A stretch of 64,000 bases of DNA from Candidatus Velthaea sp. (GTDB taxonomy: Bacteria > Vulcanimicrobiota > Vulcanimicrobiia > Vulcanimicrobiales > Vulcanimicrobiaceae): NCBI GenBank assembly GCA_965214935.1, contig CBDCCS010000015.1, positions 17,791 through 81,790 of the forward strand, written 5' to 3'. Both the position numbers and the translations under genes were made by a program. The notes under the pieces are model-generated. The model was given only the letters and a program-made list of their open reading frames with translations, was not told the DNA's origin and searched no databases. Shown in pieces: positions 18,818-27,387 of this stretch (the stretch's first letter is position 1; each line of letters opens with the position of its first letter).

Positions 18818-19405
18818 TTAGCCGATCGGCCAAACGCGCGTCAGCATTCCATCAAACGCCGTTACAAGACCATCGGGATCGATTCGAACCAGCGTCCGCT
18901 CGCCGCTATCGAAATTCTCGAACCGGTAAACGTGCGTGCGATCTTCGACGGCCAGATACGTGTATCGATGCTCGATCAAGCGCACGTCGAGCGACGGAAT
19001 TGCGATCTGTGCAACGCTGACGATCGCCGCTTCGCGCAGTTCGAGCGCCATACGCCGGATACTCAGCAACGCCGGCATCGCGGTACCGGCAATCGCGACA
19101 TCGAAGCAATGATACAGCGGCACGTCGAGTGTGCCGCCGTCCACACGTCGCCAGATACCGTCTTCATCCGCGCTCATCGACAACAGTCTGCGCTCGAATG
19201 CCACGACCTCCACATTCGCGTTGCGCACGTGCCAGCGTGAGTCGCACGTGAGTTCGTGCCGCACGCGTAGCGGCTCGTCGTTGAGAACGCCGACGATCGT
19301 ACCATCCGCAACACCGCCGGCATCGCTGATTCGAACGTGAGCGTGCTCGATACGGTCACCGTCGACCGACCGGTACACGAGCGTCCGATCGATCGTAGCG
19401 GGCAT
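18818..19405 (-). CDS. Putative glycolipid-binding domain protein
   Basis: GDRIEHA, W..RNANV, CFDVAI, LLSIRR..L, YTYL and IDPDGLV pattern; ATG overlaps the ndh stop. Confidence 0.7.
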   Translation of the reverse strand: MPATIDRTLVYRSVDGDRIEHAHVRISDAGGVADGTIVGVLNDEPLRVRHELTCDSRWHVRNANVEVVAFERRLLSMSADEDGIWRRVDGGTLDVPLYHCFDVAIAGTAMPALLSIRRMALELREAAIVSVAQIAIPSLDVRLIEHRYTYLAVEDRTHVYRFENFDSGERTLVRIDPDGLVTAFDGMLTRVWPIG

Positions 19406-20718
19406 TACTTGGGAATAAGACCGGCCGCGACGACGGCGTTTTGATGCGAGCGTTCGGTGTATACGCGAAACTCCGCAATGTCGCGCGAGAAAAACATGTC
19501 GAGCGCCCAATCGAAGGCGACGCGTAAACGCCGGTCGAGCCCGGGTAAGCGCGTGAGGTAGTACGAGCGCCACAAGAACCAAGCCAGAAAACCGGTGAGA
19601 ATGTAACCGTTGGGAAACGCAACGACGCCGCGCCGCCCGCCCAGCGAAGCCATCGTGCCCAGTGCCGTAAAGTCGAAAGCTTTGGTCGTTTGGCTGCGCA
19701 GCGTCGCAACGAGGTTGTCGGCGAGTGCCGGGCCTTCGCGAATGGCATGCTGCGCGGTCGGCGGGTACCAGGTGTTTTCTTTCGCGGTCGGGATCCACGC
19801 GCAGTCACCGAGCGCCCAGACGTTGCTGCGTCCGCGCACCCGCATGTCTCGCTCGGTGAAAATTCCGCCGTTACGCGCGTGTTCGACGGGCAGATCGAGA
19901 ACGGCCGGAGCGGGCCGTACGCCGGCACTCCAAATGACCGTCGATGTTTCGATCCGGCGTCCGCTTTGTAACGTAATGCCGTTCTCATCGACGAGCGACA
20001 CGCCGTCGCCGATTTCTAGCTTGATACCTTGCCGCGCTAAGTGCCAGGTCGTATATTCGCCCATTTTTGACGGCAGATCGGGCAAGAGCTTCTTGCCGGC
20101 TTCAACGAGCGAAATCGTTATTTCTTCAGGCCGGATCGAACGATAGTACTTGGTGACGCTACGGAACAGATCGCTTAGTTCGCCGACCGCTTCACAGCCG
20201 GTATAGCCGCCGCCGACGACGGCATACGACAGCAGCCGCGAGCGTTCGATCGGATCGACCGCGACGTCCGCGAGTTCGAGCGTCGCAATGATGCGGTTGC
20301 GCAGCGTTTCGGCGTCTTCGATCGTCTTTAACGGTACCGAACGTTCAGACACGCCCGGAATATTGAATGTCGAAGTGACCGATCCGAGCGCTAACACCAA
20401 ATGATCGTACGCGAGGGTCATTTTGGTGCCGGTGATCGTATGTTGTAAATCGACCCGCTGTGCATCGATATCGATGTGCATGATTTCACCGAGCACGTAT
20501 TGCGTGCGGTCGAGTTGACTGCGCACCGGGGAAACGATATGACGTGTTTCGATACTGCCGGAAGATACTTCCGGCAACATCGGTGTAAACAGGGTGAAGT
20601 TGTCACGGCTAACGAGCGTTATCGATGCTTCACTCGCGCGTAAGCGTTTTTCAAGCCGGCGAGCCGTAGCAACGCCGGCAAAGCCGCCGCCCAAAATAAC
20701 GATTTGCGGTATTGGCAT
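19405..20718 (-). CDS. ndh: Type II NADH:quinone oxidoreductase
   Basis: ILGGGFAG, FTPML, YDHLVLALGS, VVGGGYTGCE, WALGDCA and PPTAQHA. Confidence 0.88.
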   Translation of the reverse strand: MPIPQIVILGGGFAGVATARRLEKRLRASEASITLVSRDNFTLFTPMLPEVSSGSIETRHIVSPVRSQLDRTQYVLGEIMHIDIDAQRVDLQHTITGTKMTLAYDHLVLALGSVTSTFNIPGVSERSVPLKTIEDAETLRNRIIATLELADVAVDPIERSRLLSYAVVGGGYTGCEAVGELSDLFRSVTKYYRSIRPEEITISLVEAGKKLLPDLPSKMGEYTTWHLARQGIKLEIGDGVSLVDENGITLQSGRRIETSTVIWSAGVRPAPAVLDLPVEHARNGGIFTERDMRVRGRSNVWALGDCAWIPTAKENTWYPPTAQHAIREGPALADNLVATLRSQTTKAFDFTALGTMASLGGRRGVVAFPNGYILTGFLAWFLWRSYYLTRLPGLDRRLRVAFDWALDMFFSRDIAEFRVYTERSHQNAVVAAGLIPK

Positions 20719-20853
20719 AGTTGTTTAGACGTTTACTTTCTCGCGACCGGCGAAACGGTTCAAACGTCCTCGGAACGCATGTTCCTTTTACGTTGAGTCC
20801 GATCGTAACGTTACGTCAAGGTTACGCGCGCAACGCTCAAAGGCCCGCATTGC

Positions 20854-21027
20854 TTAGCGGCAACGGCCGTCCCAGCCCGCATGCCGTCCGGCCGGGCAAT
20901 GCATCTGGTCGCCGATCACCCATGGATGCCAGGTCATAACGACAACCGTCGCGATCGCCGTCCACAGCAAGACCCATAGCAACACGCCGAAAGCGCGTGC
21001 ACGCCCGTCGCGCGGCTGCATTTGCAT
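20854..21027 (-). CDS. 57-aa single-TM small protein with C-terminal Cys pair
   Basis: Manual translation: MQMQPRDGRARAFGVLLWVLLWTAIATVVVMTWHPWVIGDQMHCPAGRHAGWDGRCR*; ATG directly abuts the amidase stop; below the length of any ORF in the track. Confidence 0.65.
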   Translation of the reverse strand: MQMQPRDGRARAFGVLLWVLLWTAIATVVVMTWHPWVIGDQMHCPAGRHAGWDGRCR

Positions 21028-21597
21028 CTAAATCTGCGCAGCAATCTGCGCGCGCAAAAAGTCGCCGGCAGCTTCGGCTTGCGCTGCAATCAGGTTGCCG
21101 CGCGCTGGTGCAAGCCGCGCTAAATCCCAGCGCCGGTCGTCCGCGCCGGCTCCATAGTAACCGTCGACGAGTGCGACCTCGGCATGCGTTTGAATGCACG
21201 CGATACCGATGCGATACCACCGCGCAACATATGCGCTCACCGAACACAGCGCGCTTATCTGCGAACTTGTAATCGGGTGTTTGCCGAAATCTTGCGGCGT
21301 TGCGCCGGCCATGCAACACACCGCGATACCGACGGCGTAGCTGTTGCGCCCGGCGGTATGCGCGGCATAGTCGCCGCCGGCGGCGCCCCGGACGTCGCGC
21401 ATGTTTGCGCTGATATCGTACGTTGCATGCACCTTCACATCGACGGCGCCGCTCAAACAGAAGTGGTAGGCGGCAAATACCGTTTCGTAATCTCCGGCGG
21501 TCCAATGGAGAAGAATGCTGCGGAGCGTCCCGGCGGGAAGCTCCGGCTGCCAATCACGGGCCAACCCCGGCCGGGAGAGAATGAACCGATCATGCAC
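21028..21597 (-). CDS. N-acetylmuramoyl-L-alanine amidase (Amidase_2-like)
   Basis: ILLHWTAG, YHF, AAHTAGRNS.AVGI and QTHAE motifs. Confidence 0.8.
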   Translation of the reverse strand: MHDRFILSRPGLARDWQPELPAGTLRSILLHWTAGDYETVFAAYHFCLSGAVDVKVHATYDISANMRDVRGAAGGDYAAHTAGRNSYAVGIAVCCMAGATPQDFGKHPITSSQISALCSVSAYVARWYRIGIACIQTHAEVALVDGYYGAGADDRRWDLARLAPARGNLIAAQAEAAGDFLRAQIAAQI

Positions 21598-22461
21598 GAG
21601 CAGCAACCTTCGCAGCCGGACGGCGAATATCAGCCGCCCGCGCCTCGGCCGCCGGCTTCGCCCAAGAAAAGTTGGCGCAAGAACGCCGGCGGCGCCGCAG
21701 TCGGCATCGGGCTCGTTGCTGCAAAATTTAAAGCGCTGCTCGCCGTGCTGCTGTCGTTCAAATGGATCTTTCTCGGCAGTAAGTTTCTGCTCAGTTTCGG
21801 TTCGATCTTCGTTTCGATTTGGTTCTACGCGCTATTCTTCGGCTGGAAGCTGGGCGTCGTCTTCGTGCTGCTGATCCTCGTGCACGAAATGGGTCACTGG
21901 GTTGTTTTGCGCGGCTTCGGCGTACGCGTGTCGCTGCCGTATTTCATACCGGGGTTCGGCGCCTTCGTCGCTCCTAAAGGAATGACGGCCAACAACGTTC
22001 AGGACGCCGCGTCGGCTCTCGCCGGACCCGGCGTCGGGATCGTCGCGTCGGGGATCTGTCAGGCCTATGGGATTGCAACAAACAATCCGTTTTGGATCGT
22101 CGCCGCTCACATCGGCTACTTGCTGAATCTGATCAACTTGATTCCGGTGCTGCCGCTTGACGGCGGCCGTGTTGCCGGTTCGATCGACCCGCGCATTTGG
22201 ATCCTCGGCTTGCTGCTGTGCGCCGGTTACATCGTTGTAGCCGGACTGCACGATCCGTTGCCCTGGCTCTTTCTTTTGCTCATCGGCGTGATGTCGATTC
22301 CACGCGCGATCGCAGCTTGGCGCGGCGTCGTCGATCCGCGCGTACGGCAGACGCCGCCGTCGATTCGCGCGACGATCGCCGTCATTTACTTTGCGACGGC
22401 CGCCGTTGCAGCCGTCGGCTTATCGCACAGCAATGTGGTCGTGCCGGGTCTGCATGGATGA
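21592..22461 (+). CDS. Site-2 protease (M50 family)
   Basis: HEMGH, FIPGFGA, LAGP and NLIPVLPLDGGR. Confidence 0.9.
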   Translation: MHEQQPSQPDGEYQPPAPRPPASPKKSWRKNAGGAAVGIGLVAAKFKALLAVLLSFKWIFLGSKFLLSFGSIFVSIWFYALFFGWKLGVVFVLLILVHEMGHWVVLRGFGVRVSLPYFIPGFGAFVAPKGMTANNVQDAASALAGPGVGIVASGICQAYGIATNNPFWIVAAHIGYLLNLINLIPVLPLDGGRVAGSIDPRIWILGLLLCAGYIVVAGLHDPLPWLFLLLIGVMSIPRAIAAWRGVVDPRVRQTPPSIRATIAVIYFATAAVAAVGLSHSNVVVPGLHG

Positions 22462-22491
22462 GCGGTTCCGTCCAAGCTCGCGGGCCGTACG

Positions 22492-23961
22492 CTGCGCCGT
22501 AAACTCGCGTTCGGCGGAGTCGTCCTAAGCCTCGTTCTCGCCTTTAGCGTCTTCCGGCCGCCGTCGACGGCCGGACCGCTCGCGCGTGATTTTGAAGCCT
22601 ACTACGCGGCCGGCGCGACCGTTGACGCCGGCGGCGATCCCTACTCGCGTGCGTTGTGGCTCTACGAGGCGCACATTCCCGGCGTCGTCGTAACGCGCGA
22701 CGAAGTTTTGCCCTTTGTCGGTCCGGCCGCCACGCTGCCGTTCTGGGCGCTGCTGGCGCGCTGGCCGTACCGTGTTGCACTTACGATCTGGATGATTGTG
22801 CTTGCGGGCGCGTTTGCCGTCGTGGTTGCAAGCGCGCTGCGGATTGCCCGCATATCGCCTTCATTGCCGGTCAGCGCGGGTGCAAGCGCCTTTACGTTCG
22901 CCGCGGCGCCGATGTTGAGCGACATCGCGCTCGGTCAGGCAGCGTTGATCTCGGCGGCCGCTGTTGCCGCTGCGCTGCATACATATCGCGGCCGGACGGT
23001 TGGAAAGGCGATCGTCGCGACGCTTATCGCGGCCTGGCAGCCGAACTTAGCACTGGCACTGATCGGACGCATCCGTCGGGCACGCGACGCCGTCGTCATC
23101 GGCGCCGCGGCAGTACTGTTCAGCACGCTTTCGCTGGGGGCGGGCGGCGGTTTGCGGGGACTGGAAGCGTATGTGAAACGGCTGGCCGAGCATGGCAACG
23201 CCGAACGCTTCATAACGATACAACATACGCCGGCCGCCATCGCATATGCGTTCGGCGCCGCTCCGGCGGCGGCAATGGCAGCCGGGACGGTCATTTCTCT
23301 GGTCGCCATCGCATCTGTGATAACAATGGTCGTACGCGAGCGGCTCGCGCCGACGACGGCGACGCTCGTTTGTTGCGCCGCCCTGCCGTTGGCCATTCCG
23401 TTTTTTCACGAGCACGACTTTGTGTTGGAGATCTGCCCGTTGCTCGTCCTCGCCCTGCGCGCCCGCGGGCAAGCCCGCGTCTTAACGGCGATCGCCGCCG
23501 GTTGTCTGTTGGTCGACTGGTTCGGTCTCGCGCAACGGCACGCTGCGCAAGGTCAAGTGCTGTGTTTAGGTTTTGCCGTGATGTTCGCCGCTTCGGCCCT
23601 TGCACCGGGCGCCTACCACCGACGCGCCGACCTCGCCGGTTTCGCAACGATTGCGGTCATCGCCATTTTCGCGATACCACTGGGACGATTGCATCCGGCA
23701 CCAACGTGGCCCGATGCATTGCCGGCCGATTTCCATGCGTTGCCGAGCGCCGATATCAGTGAAGTTTGGTCGGCCGAAAGCCGGGCTGCCGGCCTCCTCG
23801 CTCGCGATCCGGTATGGGGCGCATTACGCGCGATTCCGTTGGCCGGCTGCATCGTGCTGACCGGCGCGCTCGTCGCCGAAACACGCGACCGCCGGCGGCG
23901 GCTGCCGGTCGACTCGGATACGCCCGACGCCGCGCCGCTCCGCTCGCCTGCAGCCGTCTAG
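22492..23961 (+). CDS. GT87-like membrane glycosyltransferase
   Basis: The frame is open from 22462 and contains RDFEAYYAAG...GGDPY upstream of the track start; also LPFVGP, LGQAAL and PFFHEHD; multi-TM; start tentatively CTG 22492. Confidence 0.7.
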   Translation: MRRKLAFGGVVLSLVLAFSVFRPPSTAGPLARDFEAYYAAGATVDAGGDPYSRALWLYEAHIPGVVVTRDEVLPFVGPAATLPFWALLARWPYRVALTIWMIVLAGAFAVVVASALRIARISPSLPVSAGASAFTFAAAPMLSDIALGQAALISAAAVAAALHTYRGRTVGKAIVATLIAAWQPNLALALIGRIRRARDAVVIGAAAVLFSTLSLGAGGGLRGLEAYVKRLAEHGNAERFITIQHTPAAIAYAFGAAPAAAMAAGTVISLVAIASVITMVVRERLAPTTATLVCCAALPLAIPFFHEHDFVLEICPLLVLALRARGQARVLTAIAAGCLLVDWFGLAQRHAAQGQVLCLGFAVMFAASALAPGAYHRRADLAGFATIAVIAIFAIPLGRLHPAPTWPDALPADFHALPSADISEVWSAESRAAGLLARDPVWGALRAIPLAGCIVLTGALVAETRDRRRRLPVDSDTPDAAPLRSPAAV

Positions 23962-23979
23962 CCGTGCCCGGTAACCGAT

Positions 23980-25632
23980 CTAAATGTCGACGCCGAGCAT
24001 GTCGTCAAACGGCGTAATTTTATTCGGATGCCAACCGGTCAGATCGGTATTATAGCTAAAGACATCGCCGCGAATCCACAGAACGATCTCCGGTACGTCG
24101 GCGATGATTCGGCTTTGCGCCGCGGCAAGAATCCGCCGCCGGCCCGCTTCATCGTAGGCCGCTTTTGCCGCATCGAGCAGTACTTGCGTGCGCGGATTGC
24201 AGTAGTGCACGTCGTTCTGTCCGGTCGGCGGCATCTGATTGCAGCCGTGGGTTGCCGAAAGATCGCCGTCCGGCGTCAATTGCCAGGCGAAGAAAATCAT
24301 GTCGAACTTTCCCGCGTACATGATCCCGCCTTGTTGATACGGCCCAAACATGACCGTCGGCGCGTAATGCCGGACGTTGACTTGCGCACCGATCGATTGC
24401 CATGTCACGCGCATGAGTTCGACGGCCTGATCGTCGTCCGGCTGTCCGGTCGTCAACGCAAGGTCGAAGGCCAGCCGCTGACCGTTCTTTGCTCGGATGC
24501 CGTCGACGCTCCGATGCCACCCGGCGGCGTCGAGCAGCGCATTGGCCCTGCGCGGATCGAACGCGGTGCGCGGGAGCGCCGTAAACAGCGGACTTGCGGG
24601 CGTAATCATCCCGTCTTGCACGAGGCCGAGATCGTGCTGGGTTTTGGCCGAGATCGTCGGCCGGTCGATCGCATAACGCAGCGCTTCGCGTACCGCTTTG
24701 TCGTGAAAGATCGGTCGCGTAAGATTAAAATCAAGGTGGTCGTAAAAATAACCCGGCCAATGAACGGTCTTGATCGCCGGCCGTGCAGTGACGCGGCTAT
24801 AATATCCCAAGCCGACGAGCGGCCACAGATCGACTTCGCCGGTCTCGATTTGCGTAAGCAGCGTATTGCGATCGGGAATGAATTTGTAAATGATCGTTTT
24901 TAATTTCGGCGGGCCGCGCCAATAGTATGGATTCGCCTCGAGTGCAACGTGATCTCCACGCACCCATTCCACATAACGAAACGGCCCGATTCCCACGGGT
25001 TTGTTATTGTACTCTGCGGTATTGATATTGGCGAGCGTCCCGAGCAAGTGTTTGGGTAAGATGCACGGATTCGCGCCGGCCGAACCAAAGAACGTCGGCA
25101 GAAAGCCCGAATACGGTCGCCGCAAATGATAGACGACCGTGTACTTGTCGGGTTCATCGATTTTCGAGATCAAATCAAAGCCGTCACGGCCAACGACATT
25201 ATTTTGCGGATTGAGAACGGCGCGCGTCGAAAAAACCAGATCGTCGGCATCGAACGCGGCACCGTCCGACCAGCGAACGCCTTTGCGCAAATGCCACGTG
25301 ATCGTCAGCCCGTCACGGCTGATGAGATGATTTCGCTGCGACGGCACCTCGGTCGCAAGCTCCGGAACCGGCCGGCTGTCGGGTCCGTAACGCACGAGAT
25401 ACGCCATCGTCATCGAAGACATGTAACCCAGCGACGCATACGCGGCAAGATATGGATTGAGCGATGAAATGTCGAGCGTGTCGCCGATGCGTAAGGTGTG
25501 CGGTATGGTCGACGGGTGACGTGCGGTCGCACCGCTCGACCGGGAGGCCGCGGGCGCATTTCCGTCACTAGCTTTCGTACAAGCATTCAATAACACGACT
25601 GCGACGATGAGACAGAAAAGGCGGCGAGTCAC
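23980..25632 (-). CDS. Peptide ABC transporter substrate-binding lipoprotein (family 5)
   Basis: Lipobox LLNAC; WSDG..FDADD, PVGIGPF and VREAL.YAIDR. Confidence 0.9.
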   Translation of the reverse strand: MTRRLFCLIVAVVLLNACTKASDGNAPAASRSSGATARHPSTIPHTLRIGDTLDISSLNPYLAAYASLGYMSSMTMAYLVRYGPDSRPVPELATEVPSQRNHLISRDGLTITWHLRKGVRWSDGAAFDADDLVFSTRAVLNPQNNVVGRDGFDLISKIDEPDKYTVVYHLRRPYSGFLPTFFGSAGANPCILPKHLLGTLANINTAEYNNKPVGIGPFRYVEWVRGDHVALEANPYYWRGPPKLKTIIYKFIPDRNTLLTQIETGEVDLWPLVGLGYYSRVTARPAIKTVHWPGYFYDHLDFNLTRPIFHDKAVREALRYAIDRPTISAKTQHDLGLVQDGMITPASPLFTALPRTAFDPRRANALLDAAGWHRSVDGIRAKNGQRLAFDLALTTGQPDDDQAVELMRVTWQSIGAQVNVRHYAPTVMFGPYQQGGIMYAGKFDMIFFAWQLTPDGDLSATHGCNQMPPTGQNDVHYCNPRTQVLLDAAKAAYDEAGRRRILAAAQSRIIADVPEIVLWIRGDVFSYNTDLTGWHPNKITPFDDMLGVDI

Positions 25633-25734
25633 ACGCGCCTTCCGACCGGCCGCGCCGACGGCGACAGTGTCGATGCCGGCACGGCGTTGGCACCGTCGGA
25701 TGCTCGCGCCGCAAAGCGCCGTGCGGAGTCGGCG

Positions 25735-27387
25735 CTAGATATCAACGTTGAGAAAGTCATCGAACGCCGTTACCTGATTGGGCTTAAAATTGCGCAGATC
25801 GCTGTTGAAAGCGAAGGTATCCTTACGTATTTCGATGACGACGGTTGCGACGTCGCGGACCATCTGCTCCTGCGCCGATTGCGCGGCGGCGCGCTGTTCG
25901 CCGACGTCATACGTCGCTAGAAAGCGGGTCATCGCCCGATCGACTGCCGCATTGCAATAGCGCTCGTAGTTTTGGCCTTTCGGCGGGGACCGCTCGCAAC
26001 TATAGATGTTGCGAAAGTCACCGTTCGGGTTATCGTACCAGGCAAAATTGGTGATGTCGTATTTGCCGCTTGCTATGATACCGCCGGTTTGCATCGGCGC
26101 AAAGAACGTCGACGACGGGTAATGCTGGACGTTGAATGCGGCACCGATTTGCTGCCAGCCCGCCCGGATGATTTCAATCTGTTGATCCGTATCCGGAAGC
26201 CCCGCGCCGGTCGCATAGGTGAACTCGAGCCGCTTTCCGCCTTTCGTGCGAACGCCGTCGGCACCGCGTACCCAGCCGTCACGGTCCAACAGCCGATTTG
26301 CCGCCGGGATGTCGAAGGCGATCGGTCGGAGCCGCGAATCGAAGTAGGGGTGGGTCGGCGCCATGATGCCTTCTTGCAAAATGCCGTTACCGTGGCGGAT
26401 CTTTGCGAGAATCGTCGGCCGGTCGATCGCCGCGCGCAAAGCTTGGCGCACCACCGCATCGTCCAGCGGCGGATGAGTGAAGTTGAAATCGATATGATCG
26501 TACAGATAACTGGGCTGCTGGAGGACGGCGACGCCCGGCAGTTCCTTCACGCGGTCGGCATAGGCCGGTGAGACCGGCAGCCAGAGATCGATCTCGTGCG
26601 TCGTCAACTGGGTCAAGACCGTGTTGCGATCGGGAATGAGCTTAAAAGTAACGCGGTCGAGTTTCGCTTGTCCGCCGAAATAGAGCGGATCGCGAACCAT
26701 CTCGACCGCGTCGTTGCGGCGCCAGGCAACGTATTTAAATGGTCCGATGCCGACCGGCAGATCGTTGTAGGCCGCGGTATTGATCTTCGTCGAATCAAAC
26801 TTGTGCTTCGGAAGCAGACACGGATTTGCGCCGGCTGACGAGAAGAAGTTGAGGTAGTAGCCGCTGTATGGCCGGCGCAAGTGAAAGACGGCGGTCGTTG
26901 CATCGGGTGTATCGAGCGCAGTTACATCATCGAAGCCTTCATGCGTTTGCTCATTGTTTTCCGAATCTTGAACGACGGCAACGGAAAATTTGACGTCGGC
27001 ACTCGTGAACGGGACGCCGTCGGACCACCGCGCATCGCGCCGCAAATGATAAGTGATCGTTTTTCCGTCGGCCGAAATCCCGCCGTTAGCGCGCGTCGGT
27101 ACCATCAAGGCAAGTTCGGGCCGCGGCTTATTTGCGCGATCGTATTTGAGTAGGAACGCCATGGTCAGCGACGACATGTAACCCAGCGTCCCTTGGGCGT
27201 TGAGATGCGGATTGAGGCCGACGATGTCCTCGGCGGTCGCATAGCGCAAAACATGCGGCATGGTGTATGGATGCCGAGCAGGCTCCGCCGCCGACATCGG
27301 CACCGCGGCCGACAACACAAGTGCAGCCGCAGCAAGGGCTTTGACGGCTCGTCGCGCGATGGACGCAGCTACAGGGAGTATTGCCAC
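25735..27387 (-). CDS. Peptide ABC transporter substrate-binding protein (family 5)
   Basis: WSDGVPFTSADV, GANPCLLPKH, PVGIGPF and VRQAL..AIDR; start uncertain. Confidence 0.88.
   Translation of the reverse strand: MAILPVAASIARRAVKALAAAALVLSAAVPMSAAEPARHPYTMPHVLRYATAEDIVGLNPHLNAQGTLGYMSSLTMAFLLKYDRANKPRPELALMVPTRANGGISADGKTITYHLRRDARWSDGVPFTSADVKFSVAVVQDSENNEQTHEGFDDVTALDTPDATTAVFHLRRPYSGYYLNFFSSAGANPCLLPKHKFDSTKINTAAYNDLPVGIGPFKYVAWRRNDAVEMVRDPLYFGGQAKLDRVTFKLIPDRNTVLTQLTTHEIDLWLPVSPAYADRVKELPGVAVLQQPSYLYDHIDFNFTHPPLDDAVVRQALRAAIDRPTILAKIRHGNGILQEGIMAPTHPYFDSRLRPIAFDIPAANRLLDRDGWVRGADGVRTKGGKRLEFTYATGAGLPDTDQQIEIIRAGWQQIGAAFNVQHYPSSTFFAPMQTGGIIASGKYDITNFAWYDNPNGDFRNIYSCERSPPKGQNYERYCNAAVDRAMTRFLATYDVGEQRAAAQSAQEQMVRDVATVVIEIRKDTFAFNSDLRNFKPNQVTAFDDFLNVDI

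Noticed and set aside
21028..21597. Prophage around the amidase
   Set aside because: No integrase, terminase, structural or replication genes nearby
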